Of a stretch of DNA of 21,147 bases, positions 15,062 through 21,147 are shown piece after piece. Position 1 is the stretch's first letter; each line of letters starts with the position of its first letter. The notes beneath the pieces are model-generated. The model was not told the origin of the DNA, made no database searches, and saw only the letters and a list, made by a program, of their open reading frames with translations. The position numbers were made by a program, and so were the translations under genes. The stretch comes from Thermoplasmata archaeon. GTDB taxonomy: Archaea; Thermoplasmatota; E2; JACPAO01; JAHFTW01. Where the stretch lies: the NCBI GenBank assembly GCA_034667725.1, contig JAXDQS010000009.1, positions 1 to 21,147 on the forward strand. Reading direction: 5' to 3'.

Positions 15062-16582
15062 TCAGCTCTCGATGGAAAGGCGGCGGGACAGGATCTGGTT
15101 GCGGCCGTCGGCGTCATGCTCGACCCACAGGTCGGCGACCCCGCCGGGCACGGGCGCGATGCCGAAGTACTCGCCGCCGTCGCGGTGGAACACCGGCCAG
15201 GTGAGGGAGTCGGCGCGGGCGGTGGCGGCGGACTGGGCCGCGGCCGGGTCGGCGGCGACGTCCCGCGCCTGCTGCACGACGCCTTCGGGCGTCGGCACCG
15301 CGTTGCCGGGCAGCAGATAGGAGCGGTCGGGCCCGGTTTCGGACAGCATCAGCGCCTGGGGCCAGGTGGCGCCGTCGTCGCCGGAGACCGCGACCCAGGC
15401 CTGCTTGCGCAGGCTGGTGCCGTCGCTCAGGACGAACTGGAAGGCGAGGTGGCCGAGCGCGTCGCACGCCAAGGTCGGGTGGACCTGGTTGCATGGCGCC
15501 TCGAGCTGCTCGCTGGTGCCGCACGCCGCCGAGACCACCTGCGGGACCGCCACCTCCTCGAACGTGCGGCCGCGGTCGGTGCTGCGCCACAGCTTCGACA
15601 GCGCGCGGCTCTCGGTGCCGAACGGGCCGGCGGCCTCCGCGTTCTGGTACTGCTGCGCGGCCACGAACACGGCGCCCGTCACCGGGCTGATTGCGAGGGA
15701 GGGCGCGGCCGCCTGCGGGGCGCTTTGCATGTTGGCGGGCGCCGCGCCCAGCTCGTCCTGCAGGTGCACCACGGCCCAGGTGCGCGCGCCGTCGTTGGAG
15801 TAGAGGATGCCGACGCCGGGCGGGGCCGGGTTCAGGTTGTCGGCCTCGAGCGCGCCGCCGCTTTGCCACAGCACGTAGGTGGTGCCGGCGGCGTCGCGCT
15901 GCACGCCGTTGCAGCCCGCGGACATGCCGGGGAACACGGTGGCGGTCCAGTTGCCGCCGCGGTCCAGGCTGTGCAGCACCTGGAACGCGCCGCCTTGCTG
16001 GTAGCAGACCACCAGCTCGCCGGCGCCGAACGCGCCGATGGCCCCTTTGATGGGGGAGCCGCCGGTCGGGACCAGCCGGGCCTCCTCCCAGGTGCGGCCG
16101 CCGTCGGCGCTCTGGCCCAGGAGCATCCCGACGCCGCTTTCGCTGCACGTGAGGTAGGCGCGGCCGGTGGCGTCGAACGCGACCCACGGGTCGGTGTCCT
16201 CGCGCACGGCGGCGTGGCCGGGCAGCGCCGGCACGGCCGTCCAGTTGCCGCCGGCGTCCGCGGACCAGTAGGCCGCGCACTGCACGGTGGCGTCGCCGGA
16301 GTCCCAGTCCATCGCCGTGGCCAGGAGGCCGCCGGGGTGGACGGGGTCGGCGGCGACCGTGAACTCGCTGGTGCGGTGGCCGGCAACGCTCACCAGCACC
16401 GCGGGCGCCGCCGCCAGGCCGAGCACGGCCGGCGGGCGGGCCGGCGGGGCGGTGGCGTTGGCCGGCGGGCCCTCGGGGTTGCTGGGGGCGGTGCCGGTCG
16501 TGGCTGCGGGCTCGTCCAGCGGCTGGCCGCAGCCGGCCAGCAGCAGCAAGGCCAGCACGAGGGCGACGGCGACGGCACGCAC
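15062..16582 (-). CDS. Asp-box (BNR)/sialidase-like beta-propeller lipoprotein
   Basis: Lipobox LAGC; Asp-boxes SADAGGNW, SADGGRTW, SLDRGGNW, SNDGARTW, STDRGRTF and SGDDGATW. Confidence 0.88.
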   Translation of the reverse strand: MRAVAVALVLALLLLAGCGQPLDEPAATTGTAPSNPEGPPANATAPPARPPAVLGLAAAPAVLVSVAGHRTSEFTVAADPVHPGGLLATAMDWDSGDATVQCAAYWSADAGGNWTAVPALPGHAAVREDTDPWVAFDATGRAYLTCSESGVGMLLGQSADGGRTWEEARLVPTGGSPIKGAIGAFGAGELVVCYQQGGAFQVLHSLDRGGNWTATVFPGMSAGCNGVQRDAAGTTYVLWQSGGALEADNLNPAPPGVGILYSNDGARTWAVVHLQDELGAAPANMQSAPQAAAPSLAISPVTGAVFVAAQQYQNAEAAGPFGTESRALSKLWRSTDRGRTFEEVAVPQVVSAACGTSEQLEAPCNQVHPTLACDALGHLAFQFVLSDGTSLRKQAWVAVSGDDGATWPQALMLSETGPDRSYLLPGNAVPTPEGVVQQARDVAADPAAAQSAATARADSLTWPVFHRDGGEYFGIAPVPGGVADLWVEHDADGRNQILSRRLSIES

Positions 16583-16634
16583 GACCCGAGGTTTGGCCTG
16601 GCCGCTATAACGGTTTCCGCATTGTTCGAACGGA

Positions 16635-18221
16635 TCATTCCGCCGGCGCCGGCGCCGACCCGTCGGTCCAGACTTTGGTGGGCGCGTCGGTCACCAGGCC
16701 GCGGACGGTCCAGCCGACCTCCGTGAACAGCGCCGCGCCCACGGCCCGCTCGGCCCCCGTCACCTGGTTGTCCTCCAGGGTGACGTTGCCGCGCGACAGC
16801 TGCCGCAGCCAGATGCCGGTCGGCGCGGCCAGGCCCCAGTCGAACGGGCAGGCGGCCTTCACGAGCGCCGCCGCGGCGCCGAGCGGGTCGCCCACCACGT
16901 CCGCGTGGTAGGGCGTGTACTCGACGACGTTGCGGCGCAGCGCCAGCGTCATGCTGTCGGCGGAGTCCACGTGCAGGGCGCTGCGCGGGTCGTGGCCGCC
17001 GCCGAACGAGACCAGGCACAGGTCGTCGTCCATGCGCTCCTGGTACTGGACGAGGTTGTCCTCGATCGCCATCGTGACGAAGGTGCCCTTGTGCAGGCCG
17101 TCGGGCGCCCCCAGCATGTCCACCCAGATCTTGCCGCCATCGACGTGGTTGCGCGCGATCACGAAGTCCTCGTGGTGGACGTGGCTGTAGTCCAGCGCCT
17201 CTGTCGTCTCGGAGGTGGCGGTGCGGTCGTCGCCGGCGTGGTTCTGGTCCTCGTAGCGCAGGCCGTAGCCCTCGGGGTCGATGATGCGGTTGTCGGTGAA
17301 GCGCACCGAGGTCCAGCGGTCGGCGTGGTCCTCCGCGGCGTGGGCCTTCGCGGCCGCGTCGCCGTGGTAGTGGCTGTGCGGCGCGAAGAAGCCGGAGCCG
17401 TGGTGGTGGCCGTGGAAGTCCAGGTCCACCGAGCCGTGGAAGGTGTTGTGATGGATGTCGCCTTGGTTGAAGCCGTCGATGTTCGCCACCCGCGGGTCCC
17501 AGAACAGCCCGTACGGCGTGGTCTCCAGCACCTGGTCGAACACGTCGGAGGCGGTGTGCGGGCCGACCACGTTGTCGCGGAACTCGCCGTCGTAGTGCCG
17601 CAGCTGTCCCACGAACGCGATCTTGTTCATCTCCATGAGGCCGCCCGTGGCGTAGCCGGTGCGCGCGACGTTCTCGTTGACCCGCAGGTCGCGCACGAAG
17701 TTGTGGTGCACGTGCAGGCACTGGCCGTTCCAGTTGAGCGCGAGCTGGCCGTCGATGTAGTTCTCCGCCACCACGACGCAGGCGTCGGTGTCCGAGAGCT
17801 CCAGCGTCCCCGTGACGTGGAGGCCGCGCAGCACGTACGGGTCGGCAAGCGTGCCGCTGCCCGTCAGGTTGGCGTCCGCGAGCGCCCGGTCGCCGTCCAG
17901 GAACAGGCTGCCGACGCTCTTGAGGCCGGACCCGCTGGCCGGAACCTTGCCTTGCGCGGGCGGGAACGCGGGCCGCTGCATCCCGGTCTGCTCGTGGCCG
18001 TGGACGTCGCCGGCGGTGCCATGCTCCAAGTGCTCCTCGTCCGCGCCCGCCTCGTGGTCGTGCGCCTCCTCCATGGGCGGATGCTCGTGCGCCGCTTCGG
18101 GGTGCACGTGGGCTTGCGGTTCGGAGACGGGCGTGCCAGGGCCGGCCATCGGGTTCGTCCCCGTGCAGCCGGCAAGCAGGCTGGCGGCCAACAGGACGCC
18201 AAGCAGGAGCGCAGTGCGCAT
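16635..18221 (-). CDS. His-rich right-handed beta-helix (NosD/CASH-like) lipoprotein, paralog A
   Basis: MRTALLLGVLLAASLLAGC lipobox; His/Glu-rich N-terminal segment; GSGTLADPYVL motif; Asn-ladder repeats; HGHHHG...HSHYHG. TGAAATA lies about 25 nt upstream. Confidence 0.82.
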   Translation of the reverse strand: MRTALLLGVLLAASLLAGCTGTNPMAGPGTPVSEPQAHVHPEAAHEHPPMEEAHDHEAGADEEHLEHGTAGDVHGHEQTGMQRPAFPPAQGKVPASGSGLKSVGSLFLDGDRALADANLTGSGTLADPYVLRGLHVTGTLELSDTDACVVVAENYIDGQLALNWNGQCLHVHHNFVRDLRVNENVARTGYATGGLMEMNKIAFVGQLRHYDGEFRDNVVGPHTASDVFDQVLETTPYGLFWDPRVANIDGFNQGDIHHNTFHGSVDLDFHGHHHGSGFFAPHSHYHGDAAAKAHAAEDHADRWTSVRFTDNRIIDPEGYGLRYEDQNHAGDDRTATSETTEALDYSHVHHEDFVIARNHVDGGKIWVDMLGAPDGLHKGTFVTMAIEDNLVQYQERMDDDLCLVSFGGGHDPRSALHVDSADSMTLALRRNVVEYTPYHADVVGDPLGAAAALVKAACPFDWGLAAPTGIWLRQLSRGNVTLEDNQVTGAERAVGAALFTEVGWTVRGLVTDAPTKVWTDGSAPAPAE

Positions 18222-18328
18222 GACGGAAGCCATCGGCCAGGCGTATTTCACGAACCTAGTCGCCTGGCGAAAACTTGCAGGCGGAGAAACGGGAGGAAAA
18301 AGAGGGGAAAGGATCGACAACGGAGGAA

Positions 18329-19948
18329 TCAGCCGTGGACGTGGCCCTCGTGCGTGCCGTGCGCGTCGCCCTGGTCCGCCATGGTGGGGTCCTCGACGGC
18401 CGCGGGCTCCTGCTCCGACGGCTGGTTGACGACCGAGTCGTCCCAGTAGACGGGGTGGGCGCCGTCCATGGCGTTGCTCCACACGATCCAGTAGGCGTCC
18501 TCCGCCATGTCGCGGGCCGCGACGCCGTACTCGAAGCCGGTGGCCTTGTTGCCGGCCACGGTGACGTTGGCCAGCGCCAGCCGGTCGAGGTGGATGGCCG
18601 TCGGCGCCGTCTGGTCGGCGGCGAAGAACGGTGCCGCCTGGTTGATCATGTCCGACAGGGTGGCGACCGGGTCGTCGGTGGCGGGCGCCGACTGGAACGA
18701 CAGCGTGTTGCCGCGGACGTCGATGCGCGCCTCCTTGGCGGCCCAGACCCGGATGCCGGTGTTCTGGTCGTAGAGCGGGCCGAAGAACACGTTGCCCAGC
18801 AGGCCGGGCTTGCGCTCCACCATGGTCACGGCGTTGTCGAGGATGGACAGCCAGCCGGGGTTGCGGCTGGTGTGCAGCTCGTCGTCCGCGTTGAAGATGT
18901 CCACCAGGATGCCGGCGCCGTCGACCTTGTTGCGCAGGATCTGGGCCCAGGTGTGGTGGACATGCTCCTTCTCCAGCATCTCGGTGGACTCCGAGCTGGC
19001 GGTGCGGTCGTCGCCGGCGTGGTTCTCGTCGGTGTACCGCAGGCCGTAGCCCTTGGGGTCCACGATGTCGTTGTCGGCGAACACGACGGACTGCCAGCGG
19101 TCGGTGTGGTCCTCCTCATGGGTCATGCGGGCCTCGTCGTCGCCGTGGTAGTGGCTGTGGGTGGCGAGGAAGCCGGTGCCGTGGTGGTGGCCGTGGATCT
19201 GGAGGTCGATGGAGCCGACGAACCGGTTGTGGTGGAACAGCGCCTGGTTCCAGCCGTCGATGTTCATGACCCGGGTGTTCTCCTCGAAGGGGAACGGGTT
19301 CTCTTCGAACACCTTCTGCAGGCCGTCGAAGATGTCGCGCGGCGTGAAGGGGCCGACCTCGTTGTGCCGGAACTCGCCGTCGTAGTGGCGGATCTGGCCG
19401 ACGAAGGCGATCTTGTTGAGCTCGATGAGGCCGCCCGTCGGCTGCCCGAGGCGGGGGATGTTCTCGTTGACCCGCAGGTCGCGGATGAAGTTGTGGTGGA
19501 CGAACACGCACTGGCTGTTCCAGTTGAGGCTGAGCTGCCCGTCCAGGTAGTTCTCGCGCACCTCGAAGCAGGCGTCGGTGTCGGCGATGTAGAGGTCGCC
19601 CGTCACGTGGTAGCCCGAGATGACGTAGGGGTCCGCCAAGGTGCCCGTGCCGCCGCGGACGCCGTTTGAGGGGTTGAAGCCCTTGTCCGAGTCGATCTGG
19701 AGGAAGCTGGCCTCCTCCAGGGACTTGGCGGCGTCGGCGGTCGGGATGGTGCCGGCGCGCTCGGGGAAGCGGGGGCGCTCCATGCCAAGCTGGGCATGGG
19801 GGCCGTCGCCGGCATGGCCGTCGTGCAGCCCTGCGGCATTGGTTTCAGGGTCGGGTGCCGCGAACGGCGCGACCCGGACGACGACGAGGCCGGCGGCGGA
19901 GGCCGCCAGGAGACCGGCCAGGATGGTTGCGAGGATGGGTGCTTTCAT
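18329..19948 (-). CDS. His-rich right-handed beta-helix secreted/anchored protein, paralog B
   Basis: SD GGAG before ATG 19948; hydrophobic N-terminus without a lipobox Cys; GTGTLADPYVI; HGHHHG...HSHYHG; His-rich C-terminal tail. Confidence 0.82.
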   Translation of the reverse strand: MKAPILATILAGLLAASAAGLVVVRVAPFAAPDPETNAAGLHDGHAGDGPHAQLGMERPRFPERAGTIPTADAAKSLEEASFLQIDSDKGFNPSNGVRGGTGTLADPYVISGYHVTGDLYIADTDACFEVRENYLDGQLSLNWNSQCVFVHHNFIRDLRVNENIPRLGQPTGGLIELNKIAFVGQIRHYDGEFRHNEVGPFTPRDIFDGLQKVFEENPFPFEENTRVMNIDGWNQALFHHNRFVGSIDLQIHGHHHGTGFLATHSHYHGDDEARMTHEEDHTDRWQSVVFADNDIVDPKGYGLRYTDENHAGDDRTASSESTEMLEKEHVHHTWAQILRNKVDGAGILVDIFNADDELHTSRNPGWLSILDNAVTMVERKPGLLGNVFFGPLYDQNTGIRVWAAKEARIDVRGNTLSFQSAPATDDPVATLSDMINQAAPFFAADQTAPTAIHLDRLALANVTVAGNKATGFEYGVAARDMAEDAYWIVWSNAMDGAHPVYWDDSVVNQPSEQEPAAVEDPTMADQGDAHGTHEGHVHG

Positions 19949-20102
19949 GCTTGTCTCCTGCCCGAGAACAGACCCGCTGGGAACCTTACTTAACCTCGTT
20001 GGTGAGGCCGGGAGCTTTCCAAAGCCCCGCCGCCGTTCCAAAACGGGGGAGGGTCCATAAGGGAAGATAAGCCGATGCCGCCCCGCGTGGAGGGGACGGC
20101 TG

Positions 20103-20294
20103 CTAGACCCAGAGAGGGGCGGGGGGAGCGAGGAAGAACGGGCAAGGGCAGCCCTTGACTTTGCAAGGTCCAGTCCCACGCTGGCCGGAGGGTCCCCGGA
20201 AATGCCCGTTGCGTGGGTCGCCGTGGCCTGCCACCACCTCCGGGTGTCCGCAGCCCGGCTGCTGGCAGAACAGGTGGGGCATTTTGCTTCCCAT
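20103..20294 (-). CDS. Small Cys/His-rich putative zinc-binding protein
   Basis: CQQPGCGH...H...H...GPCKVKGCPCPFF pattern. Start at 20294 or 20282. Confidence 0.55.
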   Translation of the reverse strand: MGSKMPHLFCQQPGCGHPEVVAGHGDPRNGHFRGPSGQRGTGPCKVKGCPCPFFLAPPAPLWV

Positions 20295-20323
20295 TGCGGC
20301 GCGGGCCATGCTGGCGGCTTCAC

Positions 20324-21145
20324 CTAGGCGGGGAGAGCATCGAACCCGAAGATGACGACCCTGAAGTCGTTGGAGTCGGGAGCCGTGCTGTTCAGGTCGA
20401 ACCGGAGGCGTCCCCCAGGGCCGTCCAGCACTTCATAGGGGCGTCCCACGAGCAGGTAGCTGGCTTGGATGGCGCCGGAGATGTCCAACGTCCCGTATTG
20501 GGTCGCCCCGTAGCTGTCCACCACGAGAACGAGGCGGTCGGACGCATAGGTCGCCTCATAGGAGCCTGATACGGTGGTGGCTGCGTCCTTGATGCCGGTG
20601 GTCGCGGAGAAGCCCGCCCCCCCTTGCATGGAATCGTGCATCACGAGGTCCAGTTCGTGCCCCAAGCCCTGCAAGGCAACGGTGGCAGATTCGGGGCAGG
20701 CCACGGCGAAGCTGAAGGGGGCGTCCGCGAGGCCGCCCATCCCCACCGCGTAATGTCCCGACGACCTTAGCGGGTTGCTAGGTGCGGTGACGGTCACGAC
20801 CTCGCCGTCCTCCCAAGTCGGCCGGGTGTCCACTCCGGCGGGCGTGGCGTGGGCATGGCTTTGCCATTGGGAATATTTGCCCCCTACTTGATAGCCGGAT
20901 TCGCCCGGCTCCGAGTCCAGCGTGACGAACCAGGAGGATACCCGGACACCGGCGTGCTGGGAGTAGCGGTAGCTCATGGTGCAGTTGTCGCTGGGCGGCA
21001 GGTCGCGAATCTCCAGCAGGAACGTCATGTTCCGGTCGGGGTGGTCGGTGCCGAAGGAGTAGAGGTTAGGGGGAGGGGGGAGAGGGGTGGTGGTCGTGTC
21101 CGTGGTCGGGCCAGCGCAACCGGTGAACAGGGCGGCGAGGATGAG
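20324..21145 (-). CDS. Hypothetical lipoprotein, 5' end truncated by window edge
   Basis: The frame is open to the window end: LILAALFTGC lipobox, then a T/P linker and a beta-rich domain. Codon bias is weaker than in neighbouring genes. Confidence 0.75.
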   Translation of the reverse strand, partial: LILAALFTGCAGPTTDTTTTPLPPPPNLYSFGTDHPDRNMTFLLEIRDLPPSDNCTMSYRYSQHAGVRVSSWFVTLDSEPGESGYQVGGKYSQWQSHAHATPAGVDTRPTWEDGEVVTVTAPSNPLRSSGHYAVGMGGLADAPFSFAVACPESATVALQGLGHELDLVMHDSMQGGAGFSATTGIKDAATTVSGSYEATYASDRLVLVVDSYGATQYGTLDISGAIQASYLLVGRPYEVLDGPGGRLRFDLNSTAPDSNDFRVVIFGFDALPA

Positions 21146-21147
21146 GA

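Noticed and set aside
6-20569. Many long Arg/Ala/Gly-rich ORFs on opposite strands or in alternative frames (e.g. 6-770, 4455-6152, 14786-16726, 16905-18449)
   Set aside because: These are shadow ORFs expected at very high GC; they overlap genes with clear motifs.

Overview
This is a GC-rich archaeal chromosomal segment, most likely from an uncultured Thermoplasmatota lineage (inferred from DNA polymerase D small subunit, r-protein eS1/S3Ae, archaeal RibD-type reductase, TraB, and TATA-like boxes about 25 nt before apparently leaderless starts). The left part is mostly housekeeping: DP1, an alpha/beta hydrolase, tRNA-Arg(TCT), tRNA-Arg(TCG), rps3ae, an M28 peptidase, TraB, ArfC/Rib7 and RlmE. 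The right part is a run of secreted or lipoprotein genes: Kelch+TSP3, a PGF-CTERM-like protein, an Asp-box propeller and two tandem His-rich beta-helix paralogs. Four signals stand out. (1) An apparently self-contained transcription unit of about 320 nt, just after tRNA-Arg(TCG), encodes a 40-aa hydrophobic peptide missed by the ORF track; it has an SD-sequestering leader, terminators and a possible antisense promoter, resembling a type I toxin-antitoxin locus. (2) The tandem His-rich beta-helix proteins. (3) Duplicated 3' ends of DP1 and tRNA-Arg(TCT), each with the same GCGWAGCGAGC hairpin motif between the copies. (4) A 110-nt rod-like hairpin at the window start. All calls come from reading motifs by eye; no database searches were run.
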